15,999 bases of DNA from a virus. The stretch covers positions 1 to 15,999 of IMG/VR virus record IMGVR_UViG_3300036945_000237; one strand, given 5' to 3'. Position numbers and translations under genes: made by a program. The notes below the pieces were generated by a model. The model was given only the letters and a program-made list of their open reading frames with translations, had not been told where the DNA came from and searched no databases. Numbering within the stretch: the stretch's first letter is position 1; each line of letters opens with the position of its first letter. Below, piece after piece: positions 1 to 6,832 of the stretch.

Positions 1-127
1 GAGCCACACGAAGTCGCAATCTGTCTTATCCTCACCAAGATCTCGCGAACTCAAACTACGAAAGACCACCCAGACAGTTACGCAGACATCTGTGCGTACT
101 CTGCAATCGCTGGCCAGATTACATCAA
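1..127. repeat. Terminal direct repeat, copy 1 (identical to 15873-15999)
   Basis: Base-by-base reading: gagccacacgaagtcgcaatctg...gctggccagattacatcaa is present at both ends. Confidence 0.97.
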
Positions 128-156
128 CTGATTGGAACGACCTTGACAGTTACTAA
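1..156 (+). CDS. 3' part of the junction-spanning DUF6378-like gene (5' part at 15744-15999); partial in this window
   Basis: Frame 1 is open from base 1 to TAA 154-156 (EPHEVAICLILTKISRTQTTKDHPDSYADICAYSAIAGQITSTDWNDLDSY*). It continues the frame of the 15744 ORF exactly through the overlap. Confidence 0.8.
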   Translation, partial: EPHEVAICLILTKISRTQTTKDHPDSYADICAYSAIAGQITSTDWNDLDSY

Positions 157-403
157 AGCTAAGCCTGGTCAATGGTGTGATTACTGCAAGATGCGTTGGG
201 GTCAAGATCACCCGAATGGCAAGGGTAAGACTTTTGCAGTGTGGACTGTGGTAAGTCAGCATGCTAAGTCTAAAGGAATCAACCGACATTACTGCCAGCC
301 ATGCGCTGTGTGGGTGTCAATCTGGCCAGATGGATCTCACTGGCCTCTAACCGAGCAAGCCGAGTTTTTAGTGAAGCAAGAGGAGATCGATCATGGCGTT
401 TAA
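143..403 (+). CDS. Small zinc-ribbon protein, function unknown (start uncertain: GTG 92, TTG 143 or ATG 191)
   Basis: ORF-track frame 92..403. Two CxxC knuckles (WCDYC, then YCQPC about 35 aa later). ATG 191 would remove the first knuckle, so an upstream non-ATG start is preferred. No family recognised. Confidence 0.55.
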   Translation: MTVTKAKPGQWCDYCKMRWGQDHPNGKGKTFAVWTVVSQHAKSKGINRHYCQPCAVWVSIWPDGSHWPLTEQAEFLVKQEEIDHGV

Positions 404-1037
404 CCTAGCTGATTATCAGCCTGTTGAAGAAAGATTATCTATGTTTTGGAAGGAGTTCCCAGATGGACGCATATCAACGGAATTGGAAGTATGTGAAGCT
501 CATCGATATATTATTAAAGCCTATCTCTACCGCACTTATCTCGACCAAGTCGCATACTCGACTGGGTATGCTGAAGAGAAAGATTCTGATCGCGGCGTTA
601 ATGCCACTAGTGCACTTGAAAACTGCGAAACTAGCGCGATCGGCAGAGCACTTGCGAATGCAGGTTATGCTACTAAGGGAAAACGCCCTTCCAGAGAAGA
701 AATGCAAAAAGTATCAATGGGGACACCCAATAAAGTAACCACCGAGTTACCTGTTATTAAGCAGAAGTTCCCAGAACCAGTAGCGGATGCCTGGACAATA
801 GAAAACCCTAAAGATGTCCAAGAAGTCGTAAAAGTTGAGGGTGCACCTACGCTCAACTCAGCGATGAACTTATTAGCTGATGAACTTAATGCAAAAGAAG
901 TTCCACAGGCTCCGAAATGTCAACACGATTTTATGATTATGAAAAGCGGCGTGTCCTCAAAAACGGGAAAGCCCTACCAGGGTTATACCTGTCCATCTAA
1001 GAATCGGGCAGAACAATGCCCTCCGATTTGGTTGTAA
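393..1037 (+). CDS. Putative Rad52-fold single-strand annealing / ssDNA-binding protein with C-terminal Cys/His zinc-ribbon-like tail
   Basis: 214-aa ORF. AGGAG lies 7 nt upstream of the ATG. The segment STGYAEE...VNATSALENCETSAIGRALANAGY resembles the Rad52/Sak helix motif (K.A.TDA.KRAL..FG). The C-terminus CQHDF...GKPYQGYTCPSKNRAEQC resembles topoisomerase-type zinc ribbons. Family assignment is by eye only. Confidence 0.45.
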   Translation: MAFNLADYQPVEERLSMFWKEFPDGRISTELEVCEAHRYIIKAYLYRTYLDQVAYSTGYAEEKDSDRGVNATSALENCETSAIGRALANAGYATKGKRPSREEMQKVSMGTPNKVTTELPVIKQKFPEPVADAWTIENPKDVQEVVKVEGAPTLNSAMNLLADELNAKEVPQAPKCQHDFMIMKSGVSSKTGKPYQGYTCPSKNRAEQCPPIWL

Positions 1038-1057
1038 ATTGATTTCGGTATTGGGCG

Positions 1058-1132
1058 TTAAAGCTCGCGATTCATCTTGCCAAGTGCGGTCATTAAAGCT
1101 GAACATTCTTTCTGTTGCCGCAACTGCGCTCA
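1058..1132. repeat. Imperfect tandem direct repeat (about 35 + 40 nt) in the largest intergenic region
   Basis: Unit A 1058-1092: TTAAAGCTcgcgATTCatcTTGCCaagTGCGgTCA. Unit B 1093-1132: TTAAAGCTgaacATTCtttctgTTGCCgcaacTGCGcTCA. About 80 percent identity with two small indels. Confidence 0.6.
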
Positions 1133-1156
1133 ATACCAACACTTTAAGGAGTAATA

Positions 1157-1579
1157 ATGGCTTCCCAGCATCGTAAGCACAGGGGTTACCGCACTCAGAA
1201 GTGCGTCGCTGAGTACCTAAAAAAGTGGTTCCCTTATGCAGACAGTGCTGGGGCAGGTAGGCAAGGCAGTGATGTAACTGGTATCCCGTTCGACATCGAG
1301 GTTAAAGCGCGGAGTGCCTTCCAACCGAAGGAGTGGCTGGATCAGACACGAAAGAGAGCAGATGGGAAGCTGTCGATCGTCGTGATGAGATTCAACGGGC
1401 AGGGTGAAGATGCTGGGGAGTACGGAGCAATGCTCCGATTCTCAGATCTGGTTCAGCTACTCAATCAACTCAATTACCCAGATATGAAGACAGAGCCAAG
1501 CCGATGCAAAGGCTGTGGCTGCTGGATTCTAACTACAGATTATTGTCAAACATGTAAGGATCACAATGCCACTTTATGA
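1157..1579 (+). CDS. PD-(D/E)XK nuclease, Holliday-junction-resolvase-like, with C-terminal CxxC...CxxC zinc module
   Basis: 140 aa. Strong SD AAGGAG at 1146-1151. GSDVTG...FDIEVKAR gives the D...E-x-K signature typical of actinophage resolvase-like proteins. C-terminus is CKGCGCWILTTDYCQTC. Confidence 0.6.
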   Translation: MASQHRKHRGYRTQKCVAEYLKKWFPYADSAGAGRQGSDVTGIPFDIEVKARSAFQPKEWLDQTRKRADGKLSIVVMRFNGQGEDAGEYGAMLRFSDLVQLLNQLNYPDMKTEPSRCKGCGCWILTTDYCQTCKDHNATL

Positions 1580-1733
1580 TTATGAATGCTTCTTATGCGG
1601 TGAGATCCAAGAGGTCGATCACCCAATGAGCGCGGTAGGTAACCCAATACTGCATTGCTCAACACCTATGAACAGGGTTTTAGTGCCAACGCCAGCGATC
1701 TTCAAAGGTACTGGCTGGGGTAAGGATAAATAA
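1566..1733 (+). CDS. FmdB-like (CxxC_CxxC_SSSS-type) zinc-ribbon mini-protein, second knuckle degenerate
   Basis: Not in the ORF track (55 aa). MPLYDYECFLCGEIQEVDHPMS...LHCSTPMNRVLVPTPAIFKGTGWGKDK matches the family pattern MPxYxYxCxxCGxxFE...R...f.GsGfy. The start overlaps the upstream stop by 14 nt. It ends in TAATG with the next gene. Confidence 0.6.
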   Translation: MPLYDYECFLCGEIQEVDHPMSAVGNPILHCSTPMNRVLVPTPAIFKGTGWGKDK

Positions 1734-1891
1734 TGCCATTTGATTATAAGTTAAAGTCTGATTCAACAGCTCATTTCACTTGCTGCGATGAGATCCAGTT
1801 TGAGTATATGTGCGCCTATTGTTATGAAGCCATGGGTTGCCAGATGTGTGCATTCGATATAACAGTGCGTCATGATTGCAATCAAGACTAA
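1733..1891 (+). CDS. Cysteine-rich mini-protein (7 Cys in 52 aa), likely diverged paralog of the preceding gene
   Basis: MPFDYKLKSDSTAHFTCCDEIQFEYMCAYCYEAMGCQMCAFDITVRHDCNQD. Shares the MP(L/F).DY start and C(G/D)EIQ.E core with 1566..1733 (DNA tgcggtgagatcca vs tgcgatgagatcca). TAATG coupling fills the gap exactly. Confidence 0.5.
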   Translation: MPFDYKLKSDSTAHFTCCDEIQFEYMCAYCYEAMGCQMCAFDITVRHDCNQD

Positions 1892-1924
1892 GCCTCTGAC
1901 CTGCATTTATAGAAAGGATTTGCT

Positions 1925-2347
1925 ATGGATTTGACATCGATGCTACGCTATAAATCGCTAGCGAGCGCGTGTGCGCGGTTGCTCGCGACCGCGATGTTAG
2001 CTTTCGGGGTATCTCTATTCATAAATGAATCAGCACCCACAGAAGCAGAAGCAAAAGAGATTAAACCTTTAACGATTAAAGAATATATTCAAAGCCATTT
2101 AACAGTTAAGACTTATAAGTGTTTAGATACTCTTGCAACTAAAGAGAGTAACTGGGACTTCAATGCTAAGAATGGTAGTCATCATGGATTCCTTCAAGGT
2201 AGATCACAATGGTTAGCTACTGCTAGCCCTGAAGAACAATACGATTGGGCTAGACGCTATGTCATCAATCGATATGGTGAAACAGAGTATGATGAGCCTG
2301 ACTTCTGTGCAGCTCTAGATCATTGGAAGAAACACTCATGGCATTAG
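1925..2347 (+). CDS. Exported or membrane-anchored lysozyme-like (lytic-transglycosylase-like) protein
   Basis: 140 aa with SD AAAGGA. N-terminal hydrophobic signal/anchor (ARLLATAMLAFGVSLFI). The C-terminal domain CLDTLATKESNWDFNAKN...QYDWARRYVINRYGE...FCAALDHWKKHSW follows the actinobacterial secreted pattern CL..LW.RESgWn..A.N...tQI.WGL.YI..RYGsPC.AW..GWY. Confidence 0.55.
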   Translation: MDLTSMLRYKSLASACARLLATAMLAFGVSLFINESAPTEAEAKEIKPLTIKEYIQSHLTVKTYKCLDTLATKESNWDFNAKNGSHHGFLQGRSQWLATASPEEQYDWARRYVINRYGETEYDEPDFCAALDHWKKHSWH

Positions 2348-2667
2348 ATAAGCTAAACACTAGACGCTACAGATTACAGCGTGACAGGGTGTTTCATCGT
2401 GATGGCAGAATATGTCAGGTATGTGGCACAGATGAGGGTGAGATGCACATCGATCACATAATCCCACGCAAGGCAGGTGGGACACATGATTTAGACAATC
2501 TAAGAGTGTTATGTAAGCCATGCAACCTACGCAAGGGCACGCTCAATGATGGCGTTTTTTTAGCAAGTAAGGCTACCCCCCCTGCCTTTTCAGCCTGTAT
2601 ATACCCGATGCAGTCCGAACCGATCCTGGACAGTCCTTTTAAGATCCGACCTAATCCGAATCAATGA
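2338..2667 (+). CDS. HNH endonuclease (packaging-associated position)
   Basis: CQVCG...HIDHIIPRKAGGTHDLDNLRVLCKPCNLRKG is a canonical HNH/ββα-Me motif. ATG 2338 with GGAAG 8 nt upstream is preferred over the track's TTG 2323. ATGA overlap with the terminase start. Confidence 0.9.
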   Translation: MALDKLNTRRYRLQRDRVFHRDGRICQVCGTDEGEMHIDHIIPRKAGGTHDLDNLRVLCKPCNLRKGTLNDGVFLASKATPPAFSACIYPMQSEPILDSPFKIRPNPNQ

Positions 2668-4109
2668 CGAATAAACCCAAGCCAGTCAAAGTCTTACGAG
2701 GGGCAACCGAACCGAGGGTTCACAGTCCACTTCTAAAGGGCAAGTCAAGAGCTGGTGAAGTTATTGAGATGGTCGAGCGACTTAAGATGGATAAGCTCAT
2801 GCCTTATCAAGAATTTGTGCTGAAACAGATGATGATGGTCGATAAGAAAGATCAATATCGAGTGCGCACAGCATTATTGCTAATTTCAAGGCAGAATGGA
2901 AAATCTCACCTAGGTAGAGTCCGCGTAATTTGGGGAATGTTCTACGGCGGCGAAATGAAGCATATAATCATGTCTTCAAACAGAGCAACGGCCTTAATGA
3001 CCTTTCGAGAGATTGCCTGGATCATCGAATCAACTCCAGAGCTTAAGGCCATGACTAAGGCTGTGCGTTATGCCAATGGTGGCGAGCGAATAGAGCTTCT
3101 CAATGGTGCAACCCTTGATCTAGTATCAGATACTCGCGACTCAGCTCGTGGCCGCACTGCTGACTTCTTATGGATTGATGAAGTGCGTGAAATCTCTGAA
3201 GACGGATACAAAGCCGCAATTCCAGTAACTCGTGCCCGTTCTAACGCTCAGACATTTTTGACATCGAATGCTGGTGATGCTTTTAGCACTGTGCTCAATT
3301 CCCTGGTCGAGCGTGCCAAGGATTACCCACCTGAAACATTCGGCTACTACGAATACAGCGCGCCACAGTATTGCAAGATTGATATTTCCAGCGAAGCCTT
3401 TTGGCGTGACGCGGTAGTGCCAAGTAATCCTGCCCTTGGCTGGACAGTGACCAGAGAGTCGATTGAAGAAGCTATTGCCACTGCTCCACTTGAAACAACT
3501 CGAACTGAAACGCTTTGCCAGTGGATTGACAGCCTTCAGTCACCTTGGCCTCATGGAGTCTTAGAAGAAACCTCAGACAGCACTTTAGAGATCTCACCAG
3601 GGGCTTATACAGTCTTTGCCTTTGATGTAAGCCCTAGCAGACGAAATGCTTCGCTTATTGCTGGCCAGATATTGCCTGACGGCCGAATCGGTATCGGGAT
3701 CATGGAAACTTGGAGTTCTCAAGTTGCAGTCGATGATCTAAAGATTGCGGTAGCTATTAAAGGCTGGTCTGATCTCTATCGACCTAGAATGGTCTGTTAT
3801 GACAAATATGCAACCCAGTCAATTGCCGATCGATTAAAACAATCTGGAGTAATGACTGAAGATGTATCAGGTCAGCAGTTCTATCAAGCCTGTGGCGATC
3901 TATTGACTGGATTGGTAACCAATAAGGTTGTTCACAATGGGCAAGCGGATCTTATCCAGCAATTTAACAACTGTGCCGCAAAAGTTAATGACTCAGCCTG
4001 GAGAATCATTAAGCGCAAGTCAGCTGGTGACATTTCAGCAATTATTGGAGTTGCAATGGCCGTATCCAAGTTAATGTTGCCAGCTCCGAAACCTCAAATT
4101 GTAACTTGA
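2664..4109 (+). CDS. terL: Terminase large subunit
   Basis: 481 aa. Walker-A-like LLISRQNGKS, Walker-B-like ADFLWIDEV, and a C-terminal RNaseH-like nuclease pattern (VFAFDVSPS ... SAGDISAIIGVAMAV). Sits immediately upstream of the portal gene. Confidence 0.88.
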   Translation: MTNKPKPVKVLRGATEPRVHSPLLKGKSRAGEVIEMVERLKMDKLMPYQEFVLKQMMMVDKKDQYRVRTALLLISRQNGKSHLGRVRVIWGMFYGGEMKHIIMSSNRATALMTFREIAWIIESTPELKAMTKAVRYANGGERIELLNGATLDLVSDTRDSARGRTADFLWIDEVREISEDGYKAAIPVTRARSNAQTFLTSNAGDAFSTVLNSLVERAKDYPPETFGYYEYSAPQYCKIDISSEAFWRDAVVPSNPALGWTVTRESIEEAIATAPLETTRTETLCQWIDSLQSPWPHGVLEETSDSTLEISPGAYTVFAFDVSPSRRNASLIAGQILPDGRIGIGIMETWSSQVAVDDLKIAVAIKGWSDLYRPRMVCYDKYATQSIADRLKQSGVMTEDVSGQQFYQACGDLLTGLVTNKVVHNGQADLIQQFNNCAAKVNDSAWRIIKRKSAGDISAIIGVAMAVSKLMLPAPKPQIVT

Positions 4110-4144
4110 CATATAGTAGTAATTTGTCTAGTTTGTGCTATCAT
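4106..4144 (+). promoter_or_regulatory. Candidate internal promoter(s) upstream of the portal gene
   Basis: TTGACA (4106-4111), 17 nt, TAGTTT (4129-4134). Overlapping extended -10 TGcTATCAT (4136-4144) ends 7 nt before ATG 4152. The portal gene has no convincing SD. Confidence 0.3.
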
Positions 4145-4151
4145 TTAGGCT

Positions 4152-5261
4152 ATGGGTCTATTTCGCAAAACTGATGCTACAACCACTAAAACGGACATCT
4201 TAGCGCAATACGCCCCTCAACTTATTTCGACCCCTGTTTTAACTTCGCTAGTGCCAGCACAGGCGATGACTCGCGAGCTAGCTTTAGAAGTTCCAGCAGT
4301 TGCTCGCGCCCGTAATTTAATTTGCGCAACTATTGCTTCAATGCCTTTAGAGTTGTATCGCAAGTCAACTGGTGAAGAATTAGGAAAACCAGTCTGGTTA
4401 AATCAACCTGCAATCAATCAACCTCGATCAGTTACCATAAGTTACACAGTTGATTCATTGCTTATGTATGGCTGGTCAGTATGGATTATTAAATCTCGTT
4501 ATCAAGAAGATGGCCGTCCAGCTTCATTCGAATGGATCCCAAATACTCGCGTAACACCTTACTATTCAGGTGACGGACATTTAATTGAAGGTTATTACAT
4601 TGATCAGACATTTTATACTAACGATGATGTTGTAACATTCCAATCATTAAATGATGGCATTCTGACGACTGGTGCAAGAGTTTTACGCGCTGCTCTTGAT
4701 TTAGAAATTGCAAGTTCTGTAGCGGCCAGCACTCCAATGCCTACGGGTTATATTTCCAATTCGGGAGCTGACCTGGATCCTAAAGAAGTTCAAGGATTAT
4801 TAGCAGCTTGGAAAAATGCTAGATCTCAGCGCAATACTGCTTACTTAACTTCTACTCTTAGTTATAACCCAGTTTCATATTCACCTAAAGAAATGTTATA
4901 CAACGAGGCCAAGCAAGACTATGCCACTCAAGTGGCCAGACTTTGCAACATTGATGCGTTCTATTTATCTGCTGACGCTAACAACAGCATGACTTATAGT
5001 AATTTGTTAGATTCTCGTAAGCAGTTTGTTTCTCTAACTTTGCAGCCTTTTATTTCTGCCATCGAGGACAGGCTCTCCATGAATGATGTCACCGCTGTAG
5101 GAAACGAAATTCGCTTTGATTTAGACGCATCATTCTTGCGCGCTAACCCACTCGATGAACTATTAGTGATTGAAAAACTTTTAGCTCTCGGTCTTATTGA
5201 TCAGAATCAAGCAATGGAAATGACAGACCTAACACCTAACGGAAACAATGGTATGAGCTAA
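4152..5261 (+). CDS. Portal protein (HK97-type size and position)
   Basis: 369-aa ORF between TerL and the protease/capsid gene. The overall pattern is typical of small HK97-family portals. Assignment is mainly by synteny. Confidence 0.75.
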   Translation: MGLFRKTDATTTKTDILAQYAPQLISTPVLTSLVPAQAMTRELALEVPAVARARNLICATIASMPLELYRKSTGEELGKPVWLNQPAINQPRSVTISYTVDSLLMYGWSVWIIKSRYQEDGRPASFEWIPNTRVTPYYSGDGHLIEGYYIDQTFYTNDDVVTFQSLNDGILTTGARVLRAALDLEIASSVAASTPMPTGYISNSGADLDPKEVQGLLAAWKNARSQRNTAYLTSTLSYNPVSYSPKEMLYNEAKQDYATQVARLCNIDAFYLSADANNSMTYSNLLDSRKQFVSLTLQPFISAIEDRLSMNDVTAVGNEIRFDLDASFLRANPLDELLVIEKLLALGLIDQNQAMEMTDLTPNGNNGMS

Positions 5262-6814
5262 TGACAAATCAAATCATAACCTTTTCGGCAGACTTAACTG
5301 CTAACTTAGAAGAGCGCACTATCTCTGGCAAGATCGTGCCAATGGGAACAGGCGAAATTGGAAACACTTCAGCAGGTCGAGTTGTATTCGAAAATAATTC
5401 AATTGAACTTCCAGAAGATCCTAAGAAAATTAAGTTACTAAATCAACATAATCATAAAGATCCTCGCGGTCGTGCAACTTTATTTAATGTTGTACCGAAT
5501 GATGGCATTTATGCCAGCTTCGCTGTTTCAAAAAGCGAAAAGGGAACTCAAAGTTTAATCATGGCTGAAGAAGGTCTAGTAAGTGGACTTTCAGTAGGCG
5601 TTGAAGTAATCACAGCAAAGAATAAGGGCGGCGTTATGTATGTATCAGCTGCTAAATTATTCGAAGTCAGTTTAGTCACAGAGGCCGCATTCAAATCGGC
5701 AATGGTGACTGATATAGCGGCATCGGAAGAACTTCCAGAAGTCGTAGAAGAAACCCTACCAACAGAAAGCGAGACAGCTGTGGAGAACACTCCAGAGACA
5801 GTTGCAGCACCAGTAGAGGCAGCAGCGGTTGAAGCTGCTCGTCCAACTGTTGCAGTAACAAGTGTGCGCGAGCGCACTGCCCCAATTACATCTGCACAAT
5901 ATCTAGGCGCATCAATCAAGGCTGCTATGGGTGATAATGATTCACGCCGCATCGTAGAAGCTGCCGATGATTCGACTTCTACAAATACTGGCCTAACTTT
6001 GCCAGCACACTTAACAAACTTCATTACAACAACATTCTCAGGCCGTCCAGCATTTGATGCTGTAACACGCGCTGGAACTGTTCCACAACTTAGCTTCACT
6101 ATTCCTAAGATGGGCACAGCACCAACATCAGCAGTAGTTGCTGAAGGTGCAGCACCATCTGAAACAGGAATGACTTCAACTTACGACACAATCACAGCAA
6201 GCAAGTATTCCTCAATCAACCGCGTTTCATTTGAATTGCTCGATTTTTCAAATCCTGCCTTCGAAACTTTGCTTCTAAATGAAATGCGCAAGGGCTATGA
6301 GAAGGCTACAGATGCAGCACTAATTGCAGCATTTACATCTTCAGGTGTTCAAGCAACTGGCGTGGCAGCGACTGCAGCTGGTCTGCAGTCATTCATTGCT
6401 ACAGAATCAGCAGCAGCCTACAAGGGTACTGGCGGAGATTATGCTCGCAAGCTAGTGGCCTCGACTGACCAATGGGCGGCGATCCAAGGATACGCAGATA
6501 CCACTGGCCGCGCGCTGTATTCAGCACAGAATGCAACTTACAATGCTTCAGGTAATGCTTCAGGTTCAAGCATTGTCGGAAATGTTCTAGGCACAGACCT
6601 AGTAATCGATCACAACATCACAACTTCAGGAATTATTGACGAGTCAGCATTCCTAGTTGCACCAGATTCTGTATATGTTTGGGAATCCCCAACTACAAAT
6701 CTTCGCGTTAATGTTTTAACAACAGGCGAAGTTGAAATTAATATGTACGCGTATTTGGCAATTTATGTTGCCAAGGCTGGAGCTGGTGTACGCCGCTTCA
6801 ACTTCACAGCGTAG
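5261..6814 (+). CDS. Fused prohead (capsid maturation) protease + HK97-fold major capsid protein
   Basis: 517 aa. The N-terminal ~150 aa carry HK97-type protease motifs (LLNQHNHKDPRG, GLSVGVEV, LFEVSLVTEAAF). Residues ~151-205 are an acidic Pro/Glu/Thr/Ala linker. The C-terminal ~310 aa look MCP-like (INRVSFELLDFSNPAFETLLLNEMRKGYEKATDAALI ... VRRFNF). One continuous frame with no internal stop. Confidence 0.8.
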   Translation: MTNQIITFSADLTANLEERTISGKIVPMGTGEIGNTSAGRVVFENNSIELPEDPKKIKLLNQHNHKDPRGRATLFNVVPNDGIYASFAVSKSEKGTQSLIMAEEGLVSGLSVGVEVITAKNKGGVMYVSAAKLFEVSLVTEAAFKSAMVTDIAASEELPEVVEETLPTESETAVENTPETVAAPVEAAAVEAARPTVAVTSVRERTAPITSAQYLGASIKAAMGDNDSRRIVEAADDSTSTNTGLTLPAHLTNFITTTFSGRPAFDAVTRAGTVPQLSFTIPKMGTAPTSAVVAEGAAPSETGMTSTYDTITASKYSSINRVSFELLDFSNPAFETLLLNEMRKGYEKATDAALIAAFTSSGVQATGVAATAAGLQSFIATESAAAYKGTGGDYARKLVASTDQWAAIQGYADTTGRALYSAQNATYNASGNASGSSIVGNVLGTDLVIDHNITTSGIIDESAFLVAPDSVYVWESPTTNLRVNVLTTGEVEINMYAYLAIYVAKAGAGVRRFNFTA

Positions 6815-6832
6815 TAGTACCTTAAGTCGCTG

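Noticed and set aside
1-127. Terminal repeats as LTR/att-like ends of an integrated element or transposon
   Set aside because: The repeat is internal to an ORF that reads straight through the junction. There is no integrase or transposase and no flanking host DNA. The length equals a common assembler k-mer, so it most likely reflects circular closure.
92-191. Using the ORF-track start GTG 92 for the zinc-ribbon gene (65-nt overlap with the upstream gene)
   Set aside because: It cannot be excluded. However, it lacks an SD and creates the longest overlap in the genome. TTG 143 keeps both CxxC knuckles with a 14-nt overlap, so the start is left flagged as uncertain.
424-856. Alternative-frame and antisense ORFs (424-738 +, 474-707 -, 665-856 -) inside the annealing-like gene
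   Set aside because: They are nested in a longer ORF with a good SD and recognisable motifs, and their translations are featureless.
957-1142. 61-aa minus-strand ORF covering most of the 1038-1156 intergenic region
   Set aside because: It has no ribosome-binding site, overlaps the 3' end of a + gene, and runs opposite to every other gene. The region is better explained as non-coding with a tandem repeat.
5548-6117. 189-aa and 64-aa minus-strand ORFs antisense to the protease-capsid gene
   Set aside because: They lie wholly inside a well-supported + strand gene, in its Ala/Glu/Thr/Val-rich linker, where the reverse strand is stop-poor by composition. They have no SD, a low-complexity translation, and would be the only minus-strand genes in the genome.
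6817-6826. 10-mer GTACCTTAAG present in two intergenic regions (6817-6826 and 15549-15558), considered as a shared regulatory box
   Set aside because: A single 10-nt match among about 600 nt of non-coding sequence is only marginally unexpected (order 0.3 expected by chance). The flanks do not align. It is worth a look only if conserved in relatives.
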